Below the pieces are notes generated by a model, which did no database searches, was not told where the DNA came from, and saw only the letters and a program-made list of their open reading frames with translations. From Pseudomonadota bacterium (GTDB taxonomy: Bacteria > Pseudomonadota > Gammaproteobacteria > SURF-13), in contig JAQBXX010000004.1 of NCBI GenBank assembly GCA_027624315.1, positions 442-64,441 of the forward strand: a stretch of DNA of 64,000 nucleotides. Direction: 5' to 3'. Positions 32,731 through 41,689 of the stretch are shown here, piece by piece. Both the position numbers and the translations under genes were made by a program. The number at the start of each line of letters is the position of its first letter. Position 1 is the stretch's first letter.

Positions 32731-32873
32731 CTCAACGCAAAGTCGCCAAGACGCCAAGACGCCAGGGTTTATGATAAGTAATCCGATTCAACCAAGGTAC
32801 CCATTCTCGCCTGAAATGCCTGCTGCCTTGACCGGCAGCAGTAATGTTTTTGGCGTCTTTGCGTCTTTGCGTT
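32731..32873. repeat. Octamer inverted-array element, copy 4
   Basis: CTCAACGCAAAGTCGCCAAGACGCCAAGACGCCA ... TGGCGTCTTTGCGTCTTTGCGTT. Confidence 0.85.
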
Positions 32874-32897
32874 AGATTTTGTCAGAGCTATAAGCCC

Positions 32898-33293
32898 ATG
32901 GCTAAACCCAGCCCCATCGTAGGCCTGCGCCACCTCGCCCTCAAGGTGCATGACCTCGCCGCGTGCGAGCGTTTCTATGTGGACCTGATTGGCATGCAGG
33001 TGGACTGGCGGCCGGACGCCAGCAATCTCTATCTCACCTCCGGCAGTGACAATCTGGCCTTGCACCATAATCCCGCCGCGTTTGACCCGCCGGCGCATCA
33101 GCGCCTCGATCACCTGGGCTTCGCGCTCGAAACCCCCGATCAGGTAGACGCCTGGCATGTCTATCTGAGCGATCAGGGCGTGGTCATCAAGGCCGCGCCG
33201 CGCACGCACCGCGACGGCTCGCGCAGCTTTTACTGCACGGATCCGGACGGCAACACGGTACAATTCATTTGTTTGCCGGTGCCCAGGAGATAG
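32898..33293 (+). CDS. VOC/glyoxalase-family protein
   Basis: [29 protein letters not shown]. Confidence 0.88.
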   Translation: MAKPSPIVGLRHLALKVHDLAACERFYVDLIGMQVDWRPDASNLYLTSGSDNLALHHNPAAFDPPAHQRLDHLGFALETPDQVDAWHVYLSDQGVVIKAAPRTHRDGSRSFYCTDPDGNTVQFICLPVPRR

Positions 33294-33300
33294 TCGCGGC

Positions 33301-34185
33301 ATGGTGAAGCAACTCAAGAAGCTCAGACTGCAAGGGTTTAACAACCTGACCAAGACCCTCAGCTTCAACATCTACGATATCTGCCACACCACGTCGCTGA
33401 AACAGCGCCGTGAATATATCGAATACATCGACGAGGTCTATAACGCCGAGCGGCTGACACACATCCTGACCGAGGTGTGCAATCTGATCGGCGCCAACAT
33501 CCTCAACATCGCGCATCAGGACTATGATCCGCAGGGCGCGAGCGTCACCATGCTGATCTCCGAGGAGCCGACCCTGGCGCGCGACATGAGCAACGCCGAG
33601 ACGCCCGGCCCGTTGCCGGAGGCGGTGGTCGGGCATCTCGACAAGAGTCACATCACGGTGCACACCTATCCGGAGAGCCACCCCGGCAACGGCATCAGCA
33701 CCTTCCGCGCCGACATCGACGTCTCCACCTGCGGACGCATCTCGCCGCTACGCGCCTTGAACTACCTGGTGCACAGCTTTGACTCCGACATCGTCATCAT
33801 GGACTACCGCGTGCGCGGCTTTACCCGCGATGTCTCCGGCAAGAAGTACTTCATCGACCACCGCATCAATTCGATCCAGAACTTCATCGCCAAGCCGACG
33901 CGCGACCGCTACCAGATGATCGACGTCAACGTCTATCAGGAGAACACCTTTCACACCAAGATGTTGCTCAAGGAATTCGATCTCAACAATTATCTGTTCG
34001 GCGCCACCAAGGAAGGGCTCGATCCGGATGAGCGCAAACTCGTCAAGCAGAGCCTGAAGCATGAGATGGCGGAGATTTTCTACGGACGCAACATACCCAA
34101 GATGGGGCGCTTGAGAAAAGTGAGCAAAACGAAAAAAAGAAGAAGAAAAAGACGGGCAGCTAGTAGTCTGCTCTGGAGTTCATGA
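33301..34185 (+). CDS. speD: S-adenosylmethionine decarboxylase proenzyme (E. coli type)
   Basis: [35 protein letters not shown]. Confidence 0.95.
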   Translation: MVKQLKKLRLQGFNNLTKTLSFNIYDICHTTSLKQRREYIEYIDEVYNAERLTHILTEVCNLIGANILNIAHQDYDPQGASVTMLISEEPTLARDMSNAETPGPLPEAVVGHLDKSHITVHTYPESHPGNGISTFRADIDVSTCGRISPLRALNYLVHSFDSDIVIMDYRVRGFTRDVSGKKYFIDHRINSIQNFIAKPTRDRYQMIDVNVYQENTFHTKMLLKEFDLNNYLFGATKEGLDPDERKLVKQSLKHEMAEIFYGRNIPKMGRLRKVSKTKKRRRKRRAASSLLWSS

Positions 34186-34225
34186 ATCTTATATTGACGA
34201 CCCGCCGTATTCGTTAACGGCGCGT

Positions 34226-34873
34226 CTACACCCAATACGCCGTGCGCGTCATCACCTGTGCGGTCAGGCGCATCAGCGCCTTGACGGGAGGCGGCAATTC
34301 CGCCGCCCCGGCCTCGACCGCCTGGGTTGCATGTGCGGCCTCGTCCACACGCATCTGTTCCAGAATCGCACGACTTTGCGTATCCGCTTCGGGCAGGCGC
34401 GCGAGATGACCGTCGAGATGCTGCACCACCTGGCGCTCGGTCTCCGCGACAAATCCCAGGCTCCATCGGTCGCCCGCCAGACCCGTCACCACGCCCAGCG
34501 CAAACGAGCCCGCATACCAGAGCGGATTCAAGACACTGGTATGGCTGCCCAACGCATGCACGCGCTGCTCGCACCAGGCGAGGTGATCGTTCTCCTCCCT
34601 GGCCGCGCGCTCCATCTGTACACGCACGGCGGGAGAGGACGCGCTGAGCGCATGACCACGGTACAACGCCTGTGCGGCGACTTCGCCCGCATGGTTGACG
34701 CGCATCAGCCGCGCCGCCGCGGCCTTTTGCTGCGCACTGATGTCGGCCTCACTCACGCCCGCGGCGGGTGAGGCGCGCTCGCCGTGCGCCGGAGCACACA
34801 CGGTACGCAGCGCCTGATCCAGCCCGGTGATGAAACGATCCAGCGGCGATATTCTTCGGGTGTCCACAAACAC
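34226..34873 (-). CDS. coq7: Demethoxyubiquinone hydroxylase Coq7
   Basis: MRVNHAGEVAAQALY, EENDHLAWC, ETERQVVQHL, DEAAH. Confidence 0.93.
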   Translation of the reverse strand: MFVDTRRISPLDRFITGLDQALRTVCAPAHGERASPAAGVSEADISAQQKAAAARLMRVNHAGEVAAQALYRGHALSASSPAVRVQMERAAREENDHLAWCEQRVHALGSHTSVLNPLWYAGSFALGVVTGLAGDRWSLGFVAETERQVVQHLDGHLARLPEADTQSRAILEQMRVDEAAHATQAVEAGAAELPPPVKALMRLTAQVMTRTAYWV

Positions 34874-34941
34874 AGTTTAATTCTTTTTGGGCTAGATTCG
34901 TCAGGTATAATTTGGCGCATGTCTCCCCGAGGAAGCCGGAC

Positions 34942-35256
34942 GTGAGCGAGCCCTACTACCGTCATCACATATTTTTCTGCACCAACCAGCGCGAAGGCGG
35001 TGCGGCCTGCTGCAATAATTGCGGCGCGCAGGCCATGCGCGACTATGCCAAGGAGCGCACCAAGGCGCTGCAAATCGCGGGCAAGGGCGGCGTGCGCATC
35101 AACAACGCCGGGTGTCTGGATCGCTGCGAGGAAGGCCCGGTGATCGTGGTCTACCCTGAGGGCGTGTGGTACACCTACGTGGATCAGGAAGACATCGACG
35201 AGATCATCGACGAGCACCTCGTGCACGGGCGCGTGGTCGAGCGCTTGAAGATTTAG
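34942..35256 (+). CDS. Thioredoxin-like [2Fe-2S] ferredoxin
   Basis: HIFFCTNQR, GCLDRCEEGPVIVVYPEGVWY. Confidence 0.9.
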   Translation: MSEPYYRHHIFFCTNQREGGAACCNNCGAQAMRDYAKERTKALQIAGKGGVRINNAGCLDRCEEGPVIVVYPEGVWYTYVDQEDIDEIIDEHLVHGRVVERLKI

Positions 35257-35257
35257 C

Positions 35258-36172
35258 ATGACAGCAACGGTGCAGGCGCTGGGCCTCACCAAGGTCTATA
35301 GCGGACAGACGGTGGTGGACGGCATTGAGCTTGCCGTTTTTCCGGGCGAGTGCTTCGGCCTGCTGGGGCCCAACGGCGCGGGCAAGACCACCACGTTGCG
35401 CATGTTGCTCGGACAGACTCCGCCCGACGCCGGCAGCCTCACCGTGCTCAACCACCGCATACCCGAAGATGCGCGGGACATGCGCGCGCGCGTCGGCCTC
35501 GTGCCGCAGCAGGACAATCTCGACCCCGATTTTACCGTACTCGAAAACCTGCGCGTGTATGCCAGTTACTTCGGCTTGTCCGGCCCCGCGTTGCAGCGCC
35601 GCATCGACGAGCTGCTCGGCTTCGTGCAGCTGGAGGCCAAGGCGCAGGCCGGCATCAGCACACTCTCCGGCGGCATGAAGCGCAGGCTCACGCTCGCGCG
35701 CGCACTCATCAATCAGCCCGACCTGCTCATTCTCGACGAACCCACCACCGGTCTCGATCCGCAGGCGCGCCAGATCATCTGGCAGCGGCTGCGCTCGCTG
35801 CTCGCGCAGGGCAGGACGCTGATCCTCACCACGCATTACATGGAAGAGGCTGAGCGCCTGTGCGACCGCGTGGCGATCATGGATCACGGCCGCATACTGG
35901 CCTGCGGCAGTCCGCACGCACTCATCAAACAATACATCGAGCCGCATGTGTTGGAGGTGTACGGGCCGGAGGTCGAGACCTGGCAGGAGGACGTGGCGCG
36001 GCAGCACGCACGCCGCACCGAGCGCGTGGGCGAAACGGTGTTCTGTTACGCCGAGGACGAGGGTGCGCTGCTCGATGATCTGCGCCGCCGACCGCAACTG
36101 CGTTTCATGCACCGCCCCGGCAATCTGGAAGACGTGTTTTTAATACTCACCGGACGGGAGCTGCGAGAGTGA
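35258..36172 (+). CDS. ABC-2 ATP-binding protein (NodI-like)
   Basis: GPNGAGKT, LSGGMKRRL, LDEPTTGLDPQAR. Confidence 0.9.
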   Translation: MTATVQALGLTKVYSGQTVVDGIELAVFPGECFGLLGPNGAGKTTTLRMLLGQTPPDAGSLTVLNHRIPEDARDMRARVGLVPQQDNLDPDFTVLENLRVYASYFGLSGPALQRRIDELLGFVQLEAKAQAGISTLSGGMKRRLTLARALINQPDLLILDEPTTGLDPQARQIIWQRLRSLLAQGRTLILTTHYMEEAERLCDRVAIMDHGRILACGSPHALIKQYIEPHVLEVYGPEVETWQEDVARQHARRTERVGETVFCYAEDEGALLDDLRRRPQLRFMHRPGNLEDVFLILTGRELRE

Positions 36173-36185
36173 AGGGATACAAAGA

Positions 36186-36267
36186 CTCAACACAAAGCCG
36201 CCAAGACGCGAAGGTTTTTAGGCTATGTCTCTTTGCGTTCTCTGCGCCTTAGCGGCTTTGCGTTGAG
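36186..36267. repeat. Octamer inverted-array element, copy 5 (degenerate)
   Basis: CTCAACACAAAGCCGCCAAGACGCGAAG ... GCGCCTTAGCGGCTTTGCGTTGAG. Confidence 0.75.
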
Positions 36268-36287
36268 CATTTTATAAATTTTAAGCC

Positions 36288-37064
36288 ATGAACCACACAC
36301 TGCCCACCATCAGTCTGCGCTGGATACCCGTCTGGCGGCGCAACTTTCTGGTCTGGCGCAAACTGATCGGGCCCGCGCTGCTCGGCAATTTCGGCGAGCC
36401 GCTGCTCTACCTGCTCGCGCTCGGTTACGGCCTCGGCAGCTTCGTGGGCGAGGTCGGCGGCTTGTCTTACAGCGTGTTCCTCGCCGCCGGCATCGTCTGC
36501 GGCAGCGCCATGAACACCGCCACCTTCGAGGGTCTCTATTCCGCCTACACCCGCATGGCGCACCAGCAGACCTGGGGCGGCATGCTGGCCACGCCGCTCA
36601 GCGTGGATGACATCGTGCTGGGCGAGATGATCTGGGCCGGCACTAAGAGCCTACTCTCGGCGGCCCCCATCCTGCTGGTCGCGGCGCTGCTCGGCCTGGT
36701 GCACGGCTGGGCCGCGCTGTGGGTGCTGCCCGTGGTGCTGCTGGCTGGCGTCTGTTTCGGCGCGCTCGCGCTGGTGGTGACCGCGCTGGCGAAGAGCTAC
36801 GACTTCTTTCTGTATTACTTCACGCTCATCGTGACACCGATGTTTCTGTTCAGCGGCGTATTTTTCCCGCTCGACGGCATGCCCATGGCGGTGCAATGGG
36901 GCGCGCAGGTGCTGCCGCTCACCCATGCCATTGCCATCGTGCGCCCGCTCATGACCGGCCAGCCGCTGCCCCACCTCCTGCCGCACCTGCTGGTGCTGCT
37001 GGGGTATGGCGCTGTCGCCTTTTATCTCGCCATCGGCCTGTTGCGGCGACGCTTGTTGGCCTGA
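36288..37064 (+). CDS. ABC-2 permease (NodJ-like)
   Basis: VWRRNFLVW, EPLLYLLALGYGLG, PMFLFSGVFFP. Confidence 0.9.
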   Translation: MNHTLPTISLRWIPVWRRNFLVWRKLIGPALLGNFGEPLLYLLALGYGLGSFVGEVGGLSYSVFLAAGIVCGSAMNTATFEGLYSAYTRMAHQQTWGGMLATPLSVDDIVLGEMIWAGTKSLLSAAPILLVAALLGLVHGWAALWVLPVVLLAGVCFGALALVVTALAKSYDFFLYYFTLIVTPMFLFSGVFFPLDGMPMAVQWGAQVLPLTHAIAIVRPLMTGQPLPHLLPHLLVLLGYGAVAFYLAIGLLRRRLLA

Positions 37065-37101
37065 CCCGCGCCCGGCATACGCACAGGAAAGGGCATACGC
37101 C

Positions 37102-37130
37102 TTGCCGCGGATGGGCATATCCTGTATTAT
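37102..37130 (+). promoter_or_regulatory. Sigma70-type promoter of rplM-rpsI
   Basis: TTGCCG-N17-TATTAT. Confidence 0.6.
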
Positions 37131-37184
37131 TTCAGACCTTTCGTGCCGTGCCTTGCCTTGTTATATTTTTAGGAGCAGCTTTAC

Positions 37185-37613
37185 ATGAAGACCTTCAACG
37201 CCAAGCCGGAAACCGTGCAGCGCGACTGGTATGTGATGGACGCCACCGGCAAGACCCTGGGCCGGCTCGCCGTCGAAATCGCGCGCCGTCTGCGCGGCAA
37301 GCACAAGGCCGAGTTCACGCCCCATGTCGATACCGGCGACTACATCGTGGTCGTCAACGCCGAGCAGGTGCGGGTGAGCGGCAACAAGCTGGCCGACAAG
37401 CTGTACCAGCATCACACCGGCACCATCGGCAACCTGAAGACCACCACCCTGGGCAAGCTGCTCGTCAAGGCCCCGGAGCGCGTACTGGAAAAGGCGGTCA
37501 AAGGCATGCTGCCGAAAAATCCGCTCGGACGCGCCATGTTCCTCAAGCTCAAGGTCTACAAGGGCGCCACGCACCCGCATGCCGCGCAGCAGCCGCGCCC
37601 GCTCGACTTCTAA
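37185..37613 (+). CDS. rplM: 50S ribosomal protein L13
   Basis: [25 protein letters not shown]. Confidence 0.98.
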   Translation: MKTFNAKPETVQRDWYVMDATGKTLGRLAVEIARRLRGKHKAEFTPHVDTGDYIVVVNAEQVRVSGNKLADKLYQHHTGTIGNLKTTTLGKLLVKAPERVLEKAVKGMLPKNPLGRAMFLKLKVYKGATHPHAAQQPRPLDF

Positions 37614-37637
37614 TTCAAATTCAATACGGATTCCCTC

Positions 37638-38030
37638 ATGACAGACAACATACATTACAGCACCGGGCGCCGCAAAAGTGCGACCGCGCGCGTGTTTCTC
37701 AAGCCCGGCAAGGGCGTGATCACGGTCAACAACCGTACCCTGGAAAACTACTTCGGGCGCGAGACCTCGCGCATGATGGTGCGCCAGCCGCTGGAAAGTG
37801 TGCAGCTCGGTGACCGGTTTGAAATCAACGTCACCGTCAGTGGCGGCGGCGCCACCGGTCAGGCTGGCGCTATCCGCCACGGCATCACCCGCGCCCTCAT
37901 GTCCTACGACGAAAGCCTGCGCCCGGTATTGCGCAAGGCCGGCTTCGTCACCCGCGATGCGCGTGAAGTAGAGCGCAAGAAAGTCGGCCTGCACAAGGCA
38001 CGCAAGGCGCCGCAGTATTCGAAGAGATAG
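37638..38030 (+). CDS. rpsI: 30S ribosomal protein S9
   Basis: [25 protein letters not shown]. Confidence 0.98.
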   Translation: MTDNIHYSTGRRKSATARVFLKPGKGVITVNNRTLENYFGRETSRMMVRQPLESVQLGDRFEINVTVSGGGATGQAGAIRHGITRALMSYDESLRPVLRKAGFVTRDAREVERKKVGLHKARKAPQYSKR

Positions 38031-38436
38031 TAGCGAGTTGCTAGTAGCTAGTTGCTAGCAACGACATGGAGGCGCTTGAGAGGCTGGAGGTATGGAAGCG
38101 CAGCAGTCGCCTCTGTGTTGATATCTACAAGAACTTTGATAAGTGCACCCATTACGGATTCAAAGATCAAATAAGCCGCGCCGCTTTATCAATACCCTCC
38201 AACATTGCTGAAGGTTATGAACGTGATTTCCGAAAGGAACGCATCCGCTTCCTGAGAATAGCCAAAGGCTCTTGTGGCGAGCTTTGGACACAGCTTAACA
38301 TCGGTATAGCGGCGGAATTTATAGAAAAGGCAGTGGGTCTGGCCTTAGCCCAAGAAGCAGCAGAGTTATCGAAAATGCTGCAAGGGCTGATTAAATACTA
38401 CCAAAAAGCGGATAGTCCCTAGCTACTCGCTACTGT
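38029..38436. mobile_element. Heptamer inverted-array element carrying a four-helix-bundle gene
   Basis: Left arm AGTAGCG AGTTGCT AGTAGCT AGTTGCT AGC (38029-38059); right arm CTAGCTACTCGCTACTGT (38419-38436). Confidence 0.75.
38066..38422 (+). CDS. Four helix bundle protein (23S-rRNA-IVS-protein/TIGR02436-like family)
   Basis: LEVWKRS, FKDQISRAALSIPSNIAEG, FLRIAKGSCGELWTQL; more AT-rich than its flanks. Confidence 0.9.
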   Translation: MEALERLEVWKRSSRLCVDIYKNFDKCTHYGFKDQISRAALSIPSNIAEGYERDFRKERIRFLRIAKGSCGELWTQLNIGIAAEFIEKAVGLALAQEAAELSKMLQGLIKYYQKADSP

Positions 38437-38442
38437 TTTTAT

Positions 38443-38516
38443 TGGGGGATCGTCTAGCGGTAGGACTACGGACTCTGACTCCGTTAACCGAGGTTCGAAT
38501 CCTCGTCCCCCAGCCA
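38443..38516 (+). tRNA. tRNA-Gln(CUG)
   Basis: TGGGGGA/TCCCCCA acceptor stem, ACGGA-CTCTGAC-TCCGT anticodon arm, GGTTCGAATCC, CCA end. Confidence 0.96.
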
Positions 38517-38523
38517 TACAACT

Positions 38524-38598
38524 ACAGTGGCTAGTGGCGAGTGGCTAGTAGCTAGGAACAACCAACCTCGCCACTCGCTACTCGCTACTCGCCACTGT
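38524..38598. repeat. Heptamer inverted-array element (empty)
   Basis: ACAGTGGCTAGTGGCGAGTGGCTAGTAGCTAG - 11 nt - CTCGCCACTCGCTACTCGCTACTCGCCACTGT. Confidence 0.9.
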
Positions 38599-38601
38599 CT
38601 T

Positions 38602-39180
38602 TCAAGTCCACAACGCCTCACCCCGCGCCGCGCGCGCCGCGATCTCCTGCTGAAACGCCGGCGGCCCGAAGCCGAACCACTGCCCCCCCGACGAGTAGAT
38701 AAACGGGCGGACGTGCTTGATGGAATAGGCCTCATACCAGTCCAGCATGCGCTGGTCCGGGTCGCGTCCGGCGGACACCAGCACATCCACCGGTTTGCCG
38801 CGCCAGATCGAGCGGCCGGTGAGCACGATCACGCTGCACTGCTCGGGCTTCATCCACTCCGGCAAATGGCTGCCCGCCTCGGCCCAGCCGCAGAAGAAGA
38901 CGCGGCACGGGTCTTCCGGGCGCTTTTCATGAATGGTGCAGCGATGGCCGTCGCTGTACGGGCAGGGATGGCCGAGGGAGATGTCATTCCCCAGCACGCG
39001 CGTCTTCAGCCAGCCGTCGCAGCACAGCGAGCAGTCGCCGCAGGGGCGGATGGCGGTGGTCGCGGTGGTGGGCGCAGAGGCTGCCGGTGTGGCAGCGCCG
39101 TGGCATTTTTTGTATTTCAGGCCGCTGCCGCACGGGCAGGGGTCGTTGCGTCCGGGGGTGTTCAGGATGGCCTCATCAGC
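38602..39180 (-). pseudogene. SEC-C motif plus Cys-cluster protein lacking an evident start codon
   Basis: Frame reads [28 protein letters not shown]...[13 protein letters not shown]...CP...[17 protein letters not shown]; no in-frame ATG found before the SEC-C motif. Confidence 0.6.
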
Positions 39181-39234
39181 TTGACAACATGTCAGATCAT
39201 TATAAACTAGATAAACTAGTCTGCAAACCAGACT
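39181..39234 (+). promoter_or_regulatory. Promoter and operator of the phd-vapC module
   Basis: TTGACA-N16-TAAACT, then inverted repeat AGTCTG-CAAAC-CAGACT. Confidence 0.6.
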
Positions 39235-39251
39235 GAATGGAGGGGTGTGTC

Positions 39252-39491
39252 ATGAAAACCGTCGGCGCCTTTGAAGCAAAAACCCATTTGTCCCGCCTGC
39301 TGGATAAAGTCGAACAGGGGGAAAAGATTACCATAACCCGGCACGGAGCGCCCGTCGCCAGGCTGGTGCCGGTTGAAACGGAGGAAAAGCCCGACGTTAA
39401 AAAGGTGATTGAGGAAATCCGGGCCTTTCGCAAAGGTAACAAACTGAGGGGCCTTTCGCTGCGTAAAATGATTGAAGAAGGGCGGGCTTGA
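39252..39491 (+). CDS. Phd/YefM-family antitoxin
   Basis: MKTVGAFEAKTHLSRLLDKVEQGEKITITRHG. Confidence 0.92.
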   Translation: MKTVGAFEAKTHLSRLLDKVEQGEKITITRHGAPVARLVPVETEEKPDVKKVIEEIRAFRKGNKLRGLSLRKMIEEGRA

Positions 39492-39907
39492 TGCCGAAGC
39501 TGGTTCTGGATTGTTCGGTTACCATGGCGTGGGCGTTTGATGATGAAAATGATGCCTACGCTGATGGCATACTTACTCTGCTTGAGCAAGGCCAGGCACT
39601 GGCGCCATCCATCTGGCCTTTAGAGGTTGCCAATACGCTATTGATGGGAGAGCGAAGAGGGCGGCTTACCGAGGCGAAAACACGCTGGTTTATAGGCAAG
39701 CTCAAAGGCTTGCGGGTAACGGTTGACGCAGTTGGGCCGAACCAGATTTTTGGCACCCTGTTGAGCCTCGCGCGCGAGCATAAACTTTCCAGCTACGATG
39801 CCGCTTATCTTGATCTAGCCCTGCGCGAAGGGCTACCGCTCGCTACCCGCGACCAAAAGCTGCGTCTGGCCGCGCGCCACTGCGGTGTACCCTTGGCGGG
39901 GAAATGA
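39488..39907 (+). CDS. vapC: VapC PIN-domain toxin
   Basis: LVLDCSVTMAW, WPLEVAN, YDAAYLDLA, LATRD; overlaps the antitoxin stop. Confidence 0.9.
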   Translation: MMPKLVLDCSVTMAWAFDDENDAYADGILTLLEQGQALAPSIWPLEVANTLLMGERRGRLTEAKTRWFIGKLKGLRVTVDAVGPNQIFGTLLSLAREHKLSSYDAAYLDLALREGLPLATRDQKLRLAARHCGVPLAGK

Positions 39908-39962
39908 GCTTCTTGAGCCTCATGTCACTCGGTCAAGCCCTGGGGATGGTTGCCGAGCAAAC

Positions 39963-40135
39963 TTAGGGAACCTCTGATTTAATCAGAGGTTCCTGCGGTG
40001 CAGGGATGCACCGCCATTTTTCAAACACGGAAGTGTTTGAAAAATGAAGAAAAGCACCATAAATAATCTTATGGCCACGTTTTTGCTTTTCGTGCTCTGA
40101 GAAGTCCAGGATGGACTTATTCAGAGCTTCCTTAG
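39963..40135. mobile_element. MITE-like family B multi-hairpin element
   Basis: Imperfect TIR TAGGGAACCTCTGATTTA / TTATTCAGAGCTTCCTTA; internal hairpins with AGGGAT, GGAA and AGGAT loops. Confidence 0.7.
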
Positions 40136-40210
40136 GTCACGTTGCGTAAGCTACGTGACGGAGCTGCGAAGCCGCGCATCCTGTCAGGCAGCTTACGCAG
40201 CCTGACCTAC
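40133..40210. repeat. GTAG-type REP-like element abutting MITE B
   Basis: TAGGTCACGTTGCGTAAGCT ... AGCTTACGCAGCCTGACCTAC. Confidence 0.6.
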
Positions 40211-40374
40211 AATTGCCCGGTGTGTTGCTTTTTAGCAACACCGACGCAAGAACTGTAGTTTTTTTAATAAAAAGTGTTGCAGGGCCGCTAAAGGCGTGAT
40301 ACGTTTCGCATGTCAATTGACGTCAATCGACACCTGTAACACAACTTTCGATCTTTTCGATAAGGAGATAATGA

Positions 40375-41328
40375 ATGAACAAGAAAATTCTTGCAGTAGC
40401 CATTGCAAGCGCGATGGCAGCCCCGTTCGCGATGGCCGACGAAGGTAGCGTCACCATCAGCGGCAACGTGGGTGCAGCCGTCACCTCGATAAAGAATAAT
40501 GACGACACGAGAGCCTCCGATGTCGATGCGGGCGGTTCAGATCTGTCCATTTCCGGCTCTGAGAACATCGGCAACGGCCTGAAGGCCGTGTTCGTGCTGA
40601 AGAGCTGGCTCAATGTCACTGGAAACGCGGATCAGCCACCAGCTTCCTCGCTGCTGTTTGGTAATAACAAGGACGCCTTCGTGGGTCTGGCCGGTAACTT
40701 CGGCACCATAGCCCTCGGCGCCCATGGCCAGCCCTACAAGACGGCCACCGGCGGTCTGGAACTGTTCGGCGACACCATCGGCGACGCCCGTGGCTCCGTC
40801 ACCAACGGCCAAGGCAGCTTCCACTCCGGCATCGGCGATGCTGTGATCTGGTTCCTGCCCAACATGAACGGCTTCAGCGGCCACGTGCAGATAGGCTCTG
40901 AAAATAACACGAATAACGGCGCACAGAAGCGCGGTGCACAGTTTAATTACAGCAACGGCCCGCTGTATATGACCTATGCCTATGCCGATGATGACGCTAC
41001 GGCCAATGAAACAGGCAACAAGTTCGGCGTCGGCTACGGCTTCGGCGACACCAAGATCAACGTCGTCGCTGAACGCACCAAGGTGCAGGATGGTACAGCC
41101 ATAAGCGCCTACTCCGTGGGCTTGGCGCATAAATTCGGCGCCAACACCGCGAAAATCCAGTTTGCCAGCAACGATTCTGGCGCGGCTGATGTAAGCATCT
41201 GGGCGGTGGGTCTGGATCATGCGTTGTCCAAGCGCACCGGTCTGTACGCTGTGTACGCCGATGGCGACAACCTGGCGTCAACGGAGATGGATAACGGGTT
41301 AGAAGTGGGTATAGGCCACAGCTTCTAA
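40375..41328 (+). CDS. Gram-negative trimeric porin
   Basis: Signal peptide MNKKILAVAIASAMAAPFAMA, GSENIGNGLKA, LDHALSKRT, C-terminal GIGHSF. Confidence 0.9.
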   Translation: MNKKILAVAIASAMAAPFAMADEGSVTISGNVGAAVTSIKNNDDTRASDVDAGGSDLSISGSENIGNGLKAVFVLKSWLNVTGNADQPPASSLLFGNNKDAFVGLAGNFGTIALGAHGQPYKTATGGLELFGDTIGDARGSVTNGQGSFHSGIGDAVIWFLPNMNGFSGHVQIGSENNTNNGAQKRGAQFNYSNGPLYMTYAYADDDATANETGNKFGVGYGFGDTKINVVAERTKVQDGTAISAYSVGLAHKFGANTAKIQFASNDSGAADVSIWAVGLDHALSKRTGLYAVYADGDNLASTEMDNGLEVGIGHSF

Positions 41329-41356
41329 GCAGTTAATAAATATTAAAGTTGTTTCG

Positions 41357-41384
41357 ACGGGCGCCTTCGGGCGCCCGTTTTTTA
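41357..41384 (+). terminator. Intrinsic terminator after porin
   Basis: ACGGGCGCC-TTC-GGGCGCCCGT followed by a T-run. Confidence 0.85.
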
Positions 41385-41443
41385 TGTGCGCCTGAAATTT
41401 GGTATCATGTACACCGCACTTATGGCTAATGGCGGAGGTGGCT

Positions 41444-41689
41444 ATGCTCTATTCCATTTTATACGAAAGGATTAACGACCCTTCCCTGCCTGAAGGATAT
41501 TATTACGCCCATATACCTGTGCTTGACTTGACAACGCACGGCAAGGGCATTGATGGCGCTAAAGCAGCGGCATTGGATTTGTTGCAGCTGTGGGTTGATG
41601 AGAAGCGCGCAAATGGAGAGGCTGTTCCTGTTGAGCAAGAGGCGTTTTTTTCACAGATAGAAATTAACGATGCCGTTCTCAGCGCGTGA
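41444..41689 (+). CDS. hicB: HicB-family antitoxin (short, no DNA-binding tail)
   Basis: [28 protein letters not shown]; GGAGG SD before ATG 41444. Confidence 0.75.
   Translation: MLYSILYERINDPSLPEGYYYAHIPVLDLTTHGKGIDGAKAAALDLLQLWVDEKRANGEAVPVEQEAFFSQIEINDAVLSA

Noticed and set aside
38029-38436. Four-helix-bundle gene as a 23S rRNA intervening sequence or part of a DGR
   Set aside because: No rRNA sequence flanks it, and no reverse transcriptase or TR/VR pair is seen in the window.
40311-40332. Overlapping palindromes GTCAATTGAC / TTGACGTCAA upstream of the porin as an FNR site
   Set aside because: Lacks the TTGAT-N4-ATCAA spacing; no regulator can be assigned.
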